A stretch of 35,647 nt of DNA from Candidatus Micrarchaeia archaeon (GTDB lineage Archaea; Micrarchaeota; Micrarchaeia; Micrarchaeales; CABMGC01). Positions 18,573 through 27,853 of this stretch are shown one piece after another. A program made the translations under genes and the position numbers. The stretch is taken from contig JBMFWW010000005.1 in NCBI GenBank assembly GCA_049964835.1, positions 1 to 35,647 on the forward strand. Reading direction: 5' to 3'. Under the pieces are notes generated by a model. The model searched no databases and was not told the origin of the DNA. It was given only the letters and a program-made list of their open reading frames with translations. Position 1 is the stretch's first letter; each line of letters begins with the position of its first letter.

Positions 18573-18631
18573 GTGACATCCCCCACCTGTAAATGGCGTG
18601 GACTTCCTTGTGGAATTTCCCGCTCACGTTG
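18573..18631 (-). mobile_element. Remnant right end of an IS200/IS605-family (IS1341/TnpB-type) element
   Basis: Minus strand CAACGTGAGCGGGAAATTCCACAAGGAAGTCCACGCCATTTACAGGTGGGGGATGTCAC: GGAAG, imperfect GC hairpin, terminal TCAC; GC-rich in an AT-rich spacer. Confidence 0.6.
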
Positions 18632-18732
18632 TTAAATAGCATAATCAAGGAACATATATACACATATATTAATAATTATTGCATATTTAATATGTTAAAG
18701 CAATAAATTATACAATTTAAAGGACTGTAAAA

Positions 18733-21700
18733 ATGGTTAAAAAATTCAATAGGAAAAATAATCAAAAGGTTAAAAATAGTTTAACTTATTTTTTAATTCT
18801 TATTTTATTGCTTATGATTACTTTTTCTTTTTTTAATTCAATAAAAACATCAAAATCTACATTATCAGACAAAACGGGATCATTTTCTAAAAATACAATA
18901 AATATAAATGCAAATAACCAAAGTTCAAAAAGTAAAACTTCAACTCAAACAACATTTACCAAAACTGGCTATTTATTTCCATCAAACTACTACTCTTATT
19001 ATGATGTTTTATTGGTGTGCAATCCTGCAAGTCAAGAAAGTATAGATGTTTGCAATTACTTTAAAAATGCAAGAGTAAGCGAAGGCTTCAACGTATCAAA
19101 CATACTAAATCTTACAAATATACCTACCTCTGAATACGTTAACAATACAGTTACAAACTCTATACTCGAACAAATAAAAGAAAAGTTAAATACATCACAT
19201 AACATACAGTATATTGTAACAACGGTAGGTGTTCCGTTAGATGATAATGCATACCCTGCGCTTGATGGAGTAGGATCATCAATCGATTCATTGATTGCAG
19301 ACAATCTTACAAATAATCCAGCAGATCAATGTTCAAACTGCTATGGTGATGTTTATAATCCTTATTACTTATATATATATCGTCAACTTTTTGCTTATAA
19401 CCCCGGATATATAAATCAGTATACTCTTGAAAATTATACATTCAACAACACAAATCCAAATTATAAAGGGATGTATATAGTTACTAGATTAGATGGGCCA
19501 ACACTTCAAAGTATTTATAACTTAATAAACGATGCAACTAACGCTTCAGATGCAGATAAGCAAGGCTATGTGCTTTTAATAAGCAATACCACTAACTCTG
19601 GTTATCAAAATTTATATGGGCAAGATATAGCAATTACTAACATTTCACTAAATCAAATGGGTAGAAAGGCAGTTGATGTTTTTTCAACATTCCCAATAGG
19701 CTTGAAAAATTTAAGTAGTTATCTTTCATGGGGCTCAAATTGTGGTTGTTCTGCAGGCCAAAATTCAAGTAAATGGGATTACGGTTTTGTTCCTGGAGCT
19801 ATAGGTGAAACGTATGTTTCTACAAGCGCAAGAACATTATTACAATATCCTTGGACTGGTGGACAATCCTTAATATCTGATTTAGTAATGGATAACATTA
19901 CTGGTGTAAGCGGATATGTAAGTGAACCTTATGCTTATTGCTTAGAACAATCAGAAATGTTATATCCTCTTTATTTTGAAGGTTTTACTCTTGGAGATGC
20001 TTTTTATGCGGCAATGCCATGCTTAGAGTGGAAAAGCGTAGTTATAGGCGATCCTAAGGCACACGCCGTAATATTTACTGCAACTGCTCCAGTCCAACCT
20101 ACTCTGAAACAACATTTTTCACCTGAAAATGTTATTTCCGGAGAAAATGTAACAGCAACACTGAATATCTATAATGAAAGTCCATATTTTTCGTTTGTAA
20201 ATTCCCAATCAAGTAGTTACTCTATAAATCTAAGGGAAGGAACTTCTCAATCTTGTGCAAATGATAATAACTATTCTATTGATGAATATTCTTATAGTAT
20301 TGGAATTTTTAATATAACGCATTCAGTATCCATCACAGCTCCAGTATATCTTTGCTTTTATTTACAACAAGTCGCAAGTACTCAAAACGGTTCGTTTTTG
20401 TATTCTCCAGTGATGTATACTCCCACAGTTCCAATATCTTATAATGGCCAAAGTCCATCAACATCCACATCAACAAGTATCTCAACAAGCACATCAACCT
20501 CAACATCTACATCAACAATAAAAACAACTATCTCAACATCAACAAGCACATCAACCTCAACAAGTACATCAACCTCAACAAGTACATCTGCCTTAACATC
20601 TACCTCAACATCTACATCAACAAGCACATCAACCTCAACAAGTACATCAACTTCAACATCAATAACATTGACTACACAAGCAACTACTTCAATAATTCCA
20701 ACAACAGCATCTACAACAGTTTTAACAACTACTTCAACTACATCAACAATACAAACAACCTCGCAAACAACACAACAAGGTTCAATAACAGTTCCAACAA
20801 CTACGGTTATACCATCCGTATCAACAAATCTACCTAATTTATTAGCAACAAATGGCGCAAATATAGGCATAGCTCCAGAGTTAACTCCAGAATATGGGCA
20901 GTATGATAATGGTTTTAATGTATTTCCATTTTATGTTAACTTTAATGGAAGTAAATTAGGAAATAAGCTGGTGTCAAATCAGCAGTGTCCTAATGGGATT
21001 GCAATAAATAACGGATTTACTGCAAATACATCATTTTGTAAATCACAGTTTATCGGAGTTCCAGATTTAAATGCATCCATAAATAATGGAATTATAATAT
21101 CATATGTTAAAAATGTTTCAATAAATAACGGATATATAATCTGGTGCTGGTTACATACAGGTGGTTATTGTAGTCCTTCAGAAGAGGTATCAAATGGCAT
21201 CATAAATTTATACTCGGATTCAATAGGCCAAGACGACAGTTTATACCCTATAGATATTATAACATCTAACAGCATAGAAAGTTATATCTATTATACCTTA
21301 AGTTATCTTGGAGTTGCGACTTATCCACCAAATGGTCAAATGCCAGTAACAACATATGGGAATGTAGAAACTTTTGGAAACTCTCAGTGTGGGAATATAC
21401 CCAATTCATTAAAACCATTGACCGGTTATTGTATACCATTAAAGATAGAAAACAATCAAGTACTTAAATTTTCAAATAATAGCACTTTGATGATATCATT
21501 CAACGCATTAAATTACAGTAAATATCTTGCTCCTAACTTACAAAATATCTATTTATATAATAAGAGTTCAGGAAAAACAATACCGTCCTGGATACAGGGA
21601 AATGCTTCGAACGGGCAACAATATACAAATCTTAACTATGCTTCGAATATACTAATTTGGGTTAAACTGCCTGAATCTATTATAGGATTTTCTTCAGATC

Positions 21701-23382
21701 AAAATATTGCAATCGGAATAGGTAGTTATGTTCAACAATCTACAACAACTTCCATACCTTCTTCAGGTGGCGGTGGAAGCGCTGGTGGTGGGGGCCTACC
21801 ACATCCTACAGTAACGCAAACTTCTTATGGCTATTTGGTTAGTAATATCGGTGTACCTGCAACATTTAATTTTGAATTTTGCGGAGAAGATGTTTTAGGA
21901 ACACTAAACTTTATAAGTCCAGATACTTCTGGAATAACACTTAATAATATTCCATATACTATAATATCAAATTCAACTCCAATTTCTGTATTAAATAATC
22001 AGAGTTGTTCAATGCAATTATATAATATTTCATATATACNNNNNNNTATAATATCAAATTCAACTCCAATTTCTGTATTAAATAATCAGAGTTGTTCAAT
22101 GCAATTATATAATATTTCATATATCCCGTTACAGCAAACAGTTGCAATAAAGTTTTTTGAAGTTCACAAAATCTCACAATCAAATAATACTATAAATACT
22201 ACAAAAAATATTACAATAACAAAACCTACAAACATAACAATTTCAGAGTCTTCAAAGAATATTACATTTAAAAATAGAGTAGTAAATACAACCGTAAGTA
22301 TATCAAATATTACTCCAACAATAATCCATAGCGTTAGCAACAACAATAACGTTTCATTATATATATCTTCAAAGTCAAATACAAACACAAAATTGAGTTT
22401 CTCAGTTCCTCCACTTTCTGATTATCCACTACCTAATAAATATAAAACTACAATTTCATTAGTAAACGTTACATTAAATAAAAGTTCAAATGTATCTACA
22501 AAATTAAACTCATCTTACAACTGCAGTATACCTTCAAATACAATAGAACCATTTATCTATACAAACGATCAATGGGTTCAAATTAATAATTATACAATAA
22601 ATACAAAATTATGTATAATATCGGTTGTAATACCAAAAGATCCAATAATTGGAATTTTCACTAATTACACATTAAGTACACCATCTAATAAATCTATCAC
22701 TTCTACACAAACAACTACTCAAATAACATCAGTAATAACAAGTACCTACAACTCAACCAGTAAAATAATAACTAAAAACGGTACCTCTACAGCAATAACT
22801 ATTTCAAGTAACAATCCATTATATCTTGTTGTGTTTATAATTGCCGCATTGCTTGTAATTGCATATATACTTAAAGAAAAAATTCTAAAACAAAAACCAA
22901 CAAAACCTACTAATATTCAAAATGAACTTAAAGAAGATAGAACCATTCAAAACAATCAACAAACAAACTATATCAGAGAAAGTAATGATACAGAAAGAAA
23001 CATAGAAAATGATAACAAAAAAGAACTAGATAATAATGAAATTAGTAATGCCGAAGAAATTACAAATAATGAAAATAAAGAAAGCTCTGATGAAACCAAT
23101 ACAGAAAATACTGAAGGTCAAACTGATTCTAGCGAAGAAAATAATAATATAAATAATCAAGAAAATACTAAAGACGAAATAGATACTAATCCCGATGAAG
23201 TAAATACTCAAGAAAAATCTAGCGAAGAAGAATCTCAAGATGAGAATAAAAAAGAAAACCTTGAAAATAATAACAGTTTAGACAAAGAAAATAATCCTAA
23301 TTCGGATTCAACTCAAAACACAAATATCGAACCTAAAAATAACGATGATACTGACTATAATTCTGATTCACACGACTTTTAA
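18733..23382 (+). CDS. Large membrane-anchored surface protein: TIGR03790-like domain, Ser/Thr linker, DUF2341-like segment, C-terminal TM helix, acidic/Asn-rich tail
   Basis: N-terminal signal; VTRLDGPT, SWGSN, PGAIGETYVSTSAR, GVSGYVSEPY, GFTLGDAFY, VIGDP; YLAPNLQNI...IPSWI...IWVKLP; TM LYLVVFIIAALLVIAYIL. Confidence 0.8.
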   Translation: MVKKFNRKNNQKVKNSLTYFLILILLLMITFSFFNSIKTSKSTLSDKTGSFSKNTININANNQSSKSKTSTQTTFTKTGYLFPSNYYSYYDVLLVCNPASQESIDVCNYFKNARVSEGFNVSNILNLTNIPTSEYVNNTVTNSILEQIKEKLNTSHNIQYIVTTVGVPLDDNAYPALDGVGSSIDSLIADNLTNNPADQCSNCYGDVYNPYYLYIYRQLFAYNPGYINQYTLENYTFNNTNPNYKGMYIVTRLDGPTLQSIYNLINDATNASDADKQGYVLLISNTTNSGYQNLYGQDIAITNISLNQMGRKAVDVFSTFPIGLKNLSSYLSWGSNCGCSAGQNSSKWDYGFVPGAIGETYVSTSARTLLQYPWTGGQSLISDLVMDNITGVSGYVSEPYAYCLEQSEMLYPLYFEGFTLGDAFYAAMPCLEWKSVVIGDPKAHAVIFTATAPVQPTLKQHFSPENVISGENVTATLNIYNESPYFSFVNSQSSSYSINLREGTSQSCANDNNYSIDEYSYSIGIFNITHSVSITAPVYLCFYLQQVASTQNGSFLYSPVMYTPTVPISYNGQSPSTSTSTSISTSTSTSTSTSTIKTTISTSTSTSTSTSTSTSTSTSALTSTSTSTSTSTSTSTSTSTSTSITLTTQATTSIIPTTASTTVLTTTSTTSTIQTTSQTTQQGSITVPTTTVIPSVSTNLPNLLATNGANIGIAPELTPEYGQYDNGFNVFPFYVNFNGSKLGNKLVSNQQCPNGIAINNGFTANTSFCKSQFIGVPDLNASINNGIIISYVKNVSINNGYIIWCWLHTGGYCSPSEEVSNGIINLYSDSIGQDDSLYPIDIITSNSIESYIYYTLSYLGVATYPPNGQMPVTTYGNVETFGNSQCGNIPNSLKPLTGYCIPLKIENNQVLKFSNNSTLMISFNALNYSKYLAPNLQNIYLYNKSSGKTIPSWIQGNASNGQQYTNLNYASNILIWVKLPESIIGFSSDQNIAIGIGSYVQQSTTTSIPSSGGGGSAGGGGLPHPTVTQTSYGYLVSNIGVPATFNFEFCGEDVLGTLNFISPDTSGITLNNIPYTIISNSTPISVLNNQSCSMQLYNISYIXXXIISNSTPISVLNNQSCSMQLYNISYIPLQQTVAIKFFEVHKISQSNNTINTTKNITITKPTNITISESSKNITFKNRVVNTTVSISNITPTIIHSVSNNNNVSLYISSKSNTNTKLSFSVPPLSDYPLPNKYKTTISLVNVTLNKSSNVSTKLNSSYNCSIPSNTIEPFIYTNDQWVQINNYTINTKLCIISVVIPKDPIIGIFTNYTLSTPSNKSITSTQTTTQITSVITSTYNSTSKIITKNGTSTAITISSNNPLYLVVFIIAALLVIAYILKEKILKQKPTKPTNIQNELKEDRTIQNNQQTNYIRESNDTERNIENDNKKELDNNEISNAEEITNNENKESSDETNTENTEGQTDSSEENNNINNQENTKDEIDTNPDEVNTQEKSSEEESQDENKKENLENNNSLDKENNPNSDSTQNTNIEPKNNDDTDYNSDSHDF
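20455..20660 (+). repeat. Degenerate tandem repeat encoding (ST)n
   Basis: Repeated ACATCAACCTCAACAAG(C/T) units. Confidence 0.9.
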
Positions 23383-23412
23383 TTAAAAATAAACATAAAT
23401 GTAACTATAAAC

Positions 23413-23627
23413 TTAATCTCGCCACATTAAACATATAATGGTAGTGTTGTCTTCCTCATTTAATAAATTAAATCCTAAACCATCAATAAGCAAAAGTGTG
23501 TTTTTTCTGATTTTTCTATCAATTTGCCATTTCCTGCTGCAAATTCATTGAAAACCTCCATATTGCTGTTCTTAAAGTCTGGAAATAAAAGCTCATTATT
23601 TTCGAGCTCATTTTTTAAAGTACTCAT
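23413..23627 (-). pseudogene. Frameshifted, truncated N-terminus of an AlkP-superfamily gene
   Basis: ATG 23627 MSTLKNELENNELLFPDFKNSN...; a frame change near 23510 gives KNTLLLIDGLGFNLL, the first metal-binding strand of the family; stop at 23413. Confidence 0.55.
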
Positions 23628-23822
23628 AAAATACCTTTTCAAGAAACATACTACTTTAGTAGTATGGCTTTATTAATCTTATTGTTTATAAAATAATTAT
23701 AATAAGTTGCACTAACAGGAATGAGTAAATGTTTTACAATATTAATCTTACGCTAATTTACTTTGGAAATAGCTCATATGAGCTACTTACTGTATAGTTG
23801 CGGCTTTGCATAGTGATTAGCT

Positions 23823-24200
23823 ATGAAGCAGGCAATAAAGGAGTCGTATAAGGCACATAGAGTAGAACGATTACTATTCGATCTGAAGTCATCCTTTGTA
23901 ATAGTTGAAGGGAAGCACGATCTAAATGTGTTGAATAAATTAGGTATAAAATCATACACATATGAAAGTGTGATGCGCAAAATAAATGTCCCAACAGAAA
24001 AGGCTATTCTAATGATGGATTTAGATAGACGTGGAGTTGCAAAGGCAGAGATGGTTTCATCCTTGCTTTTAGGCGAAAATATAGCAGTAGATAATAAAAC
24101 GGGCAGGTCTCTGCTTCTTCTTCTAAACACTATCCACGTAGAAGGAATACTTACTCCTGTTGAGCAGTTATTTAAAATAGAAAAACAAAACGTGATATAA
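23823..24200 (+). CDS. Small Toprim-domain protein
   Basis: VIVEGKHD...LGI and DLDRRG (DxD); abuts dnaG. Confidence 0.85.
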   Translation: MKQAIKESYKAHRVERLLFDLKSSFVIVEGKHDLNVLNKLGIKSYTYESVMRKINVPTEKAILMMDLDRRGVAKAEMVSSLLLGENIAVDNKTGRSLLLLLNTIHVEGILTPVEQLFKIEKQNVI

Positions 24201-25622
24201 ATGGCGAAAACATATTTAGACATAGTAAAGTATATGGTAGAGGCAAAGTTCTCTATAAGCGGAATGGTAGACAAACCAGACATAATAGGTGCGGTATTTG
24301 GCCAGACTGAAGGTCTTTTAGGAGATGATTTAGATTTAAGAGAGCTCCAAAAGAGCGGAAAGATTGGAAGAATAGAGATAGATTTTCAACAATCAAACAA
24401 CAAGAGCTTTGGAAAGCTTTTCTTACCTGCATCATTAGATAGGATAGAGACATGTATCCTTGCTGCAGCTGTAGAGTCTGTTGATCGTGTTGGTCCTTAT
24501 GAATCCCAGTTCTCTGTGGAAAAGATAGAGGATACAAGATCTGAGAAAAGAAGAAAGATACTCACAAGAGCTAAGGATCTTGTAAAGCTACTGCTCAATA
24601 CTGAGATACCAGATAGCAAGGAGCTAAGCGAGATGGTCCAATCTGACGTAAGAACTAGCGAGATAACTACTTATGGTCCAGAGAAGCTTCCAGCAGGTCC
24701 CGAGGTAGGAAAAAGTGCCGAACTTGTAATAGTAGAAGGCAGAGCAGATGTAATCAACCTATTAAGAAATGATGTTACTCATGTCATAGCAGTAGGCGGC
24801 GCATCAGCTGTTCCTAAATCAATAATAGATCTTTGTAGGCAAAAAGAGGTTACTGTATTCTTAGATGGAGATCGCGGCGGAGATATGATACTAAAGAACA
24901 TATCCTCTGTTGCAGATGTTGATTATGTTGCAAGAGCTCCAGATGGTAAAGAGGTTGAAGATCTTACAAGAAAGGAAATAATAAAATCATTAAGAACAAA
25001 GATACCTTTAGATCAGTATCATCCTGGCTATAGGCAAAGACAAGAACCTGCTCAAGACTATTCAGAAAAATCTAATATGAATGAAAACAATAAACTCGAC
25101 AGCAACGGTAGCAACAATAGTGGCAGCAATGGCAACAACACAAACAGCCAAAACCAAAGATTTACAAATAATAGGCAGGAGTACTCAAGGCAGAAAGATA
25201 CTAACTCATATTCTTCATACAAAAGCAAAACAGAAGATAATAAGAGATATGAAAGCACAACAAAAGACACCCAAGAAAGTATGAAAACTGATGACGCTAC
25301 GGAGCATACAAAACCAGCACTTGAAAGTGTAGTACTAACTGAGTATTTAAATGGTCTTGAAGCGCTTTCAGGTACTCTTAGAAGCAGACTTTATGACAGC
25401 ACCGGAAATATGATGAAGGAGATACCTATTCGCGATCTTCTTTCTTCAGTTCAAGCTTCTAATGGTGTACATGCAATAGTTCTCGATGGTGTAATAACCC
25501 AAAGACTTGTAGAGTTGTCAATTCAAAAAGGTGTAAAGGCAATCTATGGCATAAGAGCAAATCCAATGCCTAAAAAGCATCAAGAGATACTGCTTTATAC
25601 AAAGGAGCATGGGCAGGAGTAA
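24201..25622 (+). CDS. dnaG: Archaeal DnaG
   Basis: VDKPDIIGAVFGQTEGLLG, LRELQKSGKIGRI, VEGRADV, DGDRGG, DGVITQRL. Confidence 0.95.
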   Translation: MAKTYLDIVKYMVEAKFSISGMVDKPDIIGAVFGQTEGLLGDDLDLRELQKSGKIGRIEIDFQQSNNKSFGKLFLPASLDRIETCILAAAVESVDRVGPYESQFSVEKIEDTRSEKRRKILTRAKDLVKLLLNTEIPDSKELSEMVQSDVRTSEITTYGPEKLPAGPEVGKSAELVIVEGRADVINLLRNDVTHVIAVGGASAVPKSIIDLCRQKEVTVFLDGDRGGDMILKNISSVADVDYVARAPDGKEVEDLTRKEIIKSLRTKIPLDQYHPGYRQRQEPAQDYSEKSNMNENNKLDSNGSNNSGSNGNNTNSQNQRFTNNRQEYSRQKDTNSYSSYKSKTEDNKRYESTTKDTQESMKTDDATEHTKPALESVVLTEYLNGLEALSGTLRSRLYDSTGNMMKEIPIRDLLSSVQASNGVHAIVLDGVITQRLVELSIQKGVKAIYGIRANPMPKKHQEILLYTKEHGQE

Positions 25623-25794
25623 TTATTAATAATTATATAACTAAAACTAAAATTGCCTTAACTGTTCTATACTATTACTTTTGGTGTTTTTTGTTATAAA
25701 AGTTATGGGTATATTCTAGTTACAAAACCTCCATAACCTTCTTTTTATATTTATTTTTTAATTTAGTTTGTTTTGGAAATCGTTTTTTTAACAA

Positions 25795-27726
25795 TTAGTG
25801 CTTTATTCCGAGTGTCATAAGTATAAATGCATATTTAAATGCTAGCGATTTATATCTTTCTTCATTTTTAGAACTCATTACATGTCCTCCTGAAATGTTT
25901 ATCCTCAATAATAATAAATTATTATCACTTTTCATTTTTCTCATTTTTGCAATAAATTTTAATACTTCCAAATAATAAACTTTTACATCATTTATTCCAA
26001 TAATTACAAGAATATTAGGATATCGTTGCGATTTAATATTTTCATAAGGAGAGTAAGACTTAATATAATTATAATACTTTTTTTTATTTGGGTTACCCCA
26101 TTCTTTATACTCTCTTATGGTAAATGGGCGTTTTTTATCTGATATTTTACTTAATAACTCTACAACTGGTGATGTCATTACTGCAGCTTTAAATAATTCT
26201 GGTCTTTTATTTATTACAGATCCGATAAGCAATCCACCGGCACTAGCTCCTTCAATAACTAGTAACTCTTTAGATGTATATCTTTTAGCTATCAAATGTT
26301 CTGCACAGGCTACGAAATCATTAAACGTATTTTTCTTTTTTAATAATTTACCTTCTTGATACCATCGACTACCTTTTTCAGAACCTCCTCTAATATGTGC
26401 TATTCCAAAAATAACTCCTCTATCAAGCAAACTCAACCGCTCAACTGAAAATGTTGGTAAATAACAAATTCCATAAGCCCCATATCCCCAAAGTAACATC
26501 GGTTGCCTTTTATTTCTGTTTAACTCTTTTTTATAAATAATTGAAATAGGTATTTTATTTCCATCTTTCGCAGTAGCATAAATTTTTTCTGTTTTATAAT
26601 TAGAACTATTATACTTTTTTATTTTATCTATCTCATTTAATTTTAAAATATTATTATCCATATCATATTCCAATAATGATTTAGGAATGGTAAATGAGCT
26701 ATAAATCAAGCGTAAGTTTTTACTATTAAAATCTTGATATGTATCAAATGAAACGGTACACATTTTTTGGGGCATTTTAATAAATTTTTTAGTTCCTGTA
26801 ACTATATTTAAAACAATAATTTTATTTGTTGCGTCTGAAATAACTTTAATTACTATATAATTACGAAATACCTTAAAACTATCTAATTTATTATTTTTAT
26901 TATTTGGAATTAACGTTTTCCAATTTTCTTTTAGTTTGTTATTAACTGGTGTTCTAACTAACTTAAAATTAGGCGCATTTTCATTTGTTAACATATAAAA
27001 ATATTTACCAAACTGTTCAATATAACATATACTTTTTTTGTTCTTATTGAAAAGTTTTAAATCATTCTTATAATCCCCTATTTGGATAAATCTTATTTCT
27101 GTAGAATCAATCCCAATCGAATATAAAAAAAGAAATTTTTCACTTTCAGATTTTTTAACAGATAAATAGTAATAAGCGTTTTTTTCTTCATATAATAACT
27201 TATTCTTTTTAAATTTATCTATAAAATTTGAAATATAAGCTCTATAAGATCTATATATTTTATCAATAGTTGTATAAACTATTGTGTTATCATCTAACCA
27301 CTCTAACTCCCACACTCCGGTTATTTTTTTAATAATTTTATCTGTACTTATTTTTTTAATATATGTTATATACTCTTCTGTTCCTGTTGTATTAACTGAA
27401 TAAGCAATAAATGTGTTATTTGTACTAATTTTAAAATCATCAAATAAAAAGTATTTATGTCCTTCTGCAATTTTATTAAGATCTAAAATAAGTTCCTCTT
27501 TTTTATTCAAGGAGTTTTTTCTAAAATATGTCTTATACTGCGCACCGTTTTTAATTTTCCAATAATACTCATACTCTTTTATTTTTATAACATTTGAAAA
27601 ACTAATACTTTTATATCGATTTTTAATCTCATTATATATTTTATTTTGTAATTCAGAAGTCTGTGCCATTATTGAATTAGTATACTCATTTTCTTTTTTT
27701 ATATATGCCTTAATCGTTTTTACCAT
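25795..27726 (-). CDS. S9A peptidase (oligopeptidase B/prolyl oligopeptidase family)
   Basis: GYGAYG, SLLDRG, HIRGGSE, KKNTFNDF; triad GASAGG, NDVKV, GGH; N-terminus possibly frameshifted. Confidence 0.9.
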   Translation of the reverse strand: MVKTIKAYIKKENEYTNSIMAQTSELQNKIYNEIKNRYKSISFSNVIKIKEYEYYWKIKNGAQYKTYFRKNSLNKKEELILDLNKIAEGHKYFLFDDFKISTNNTFIAYSVNTTGTEEYITYIKKISTDKIIKKITGVWELEWLDDNTIVYTTIDKIYRSYRAYISNFIDKFKKNKLLYEEKNAYYYLSVKKSESEKFLFLYSIGIDSTEIRFIQIGDYKNDLKLFNKNKKSICYIEQFGKYFYMLTNENAPNFKLVRTPVNNKLKENWKTLIPNNKNNKLDSFKVFRNYIVIKVISDATNKIIVLNIVTGTKKFIKMPQKMCTVSFDTYQDFNSKNLRLIYSSFTIPKSLLEYDMDNNILKLNEIDKIKKYNSSNYKTEKIYATAKDGNKIPISIIYKKELNRNKRQPMLLWGYGAYGICYLPTFSVERLSLLDRGVIFGIAHIRGGSEKGSRWYQEGKLLKKKNTFNDFVACAEHLIAKRYTSKELLVIEGASAGGLLIGSVINKRPELFKAAVMTSPVVELLSKISDKKRPFTIREYKEWGNPNKKKYYNYIKSYSPYENIKSQRYPNILVIIGINDVKVYYLEVLKFIAKMRKMKSDNNLLLLRINISGGHVMSSKNEERYKSLAFKYAFILMTLGIKH

Positions 27727-27853
27727 GTTTATCTTCCACTAATGAACAATTATCCGCTTCATTTTTTAACTGTTTTTGAATTTTTCTTTATCGATAATAC
27801 TTTTTTCATGTAATCTTATAAAATATATAAACACATCATTTATTAATTTAATC

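Noticed and set aside
20439..20870. Val/Asp-rich minus-strand ORF
   Set aside because: Antisense of the (ST)n repeat
21960..22124. Exact 78-nt duplication (21960-22037 and 22047-22124) in the surface protein
   Set aside because: The copies flank a 7-N gap, typical of unmerged overlapping contig ends, so it is probably an assembly artefact
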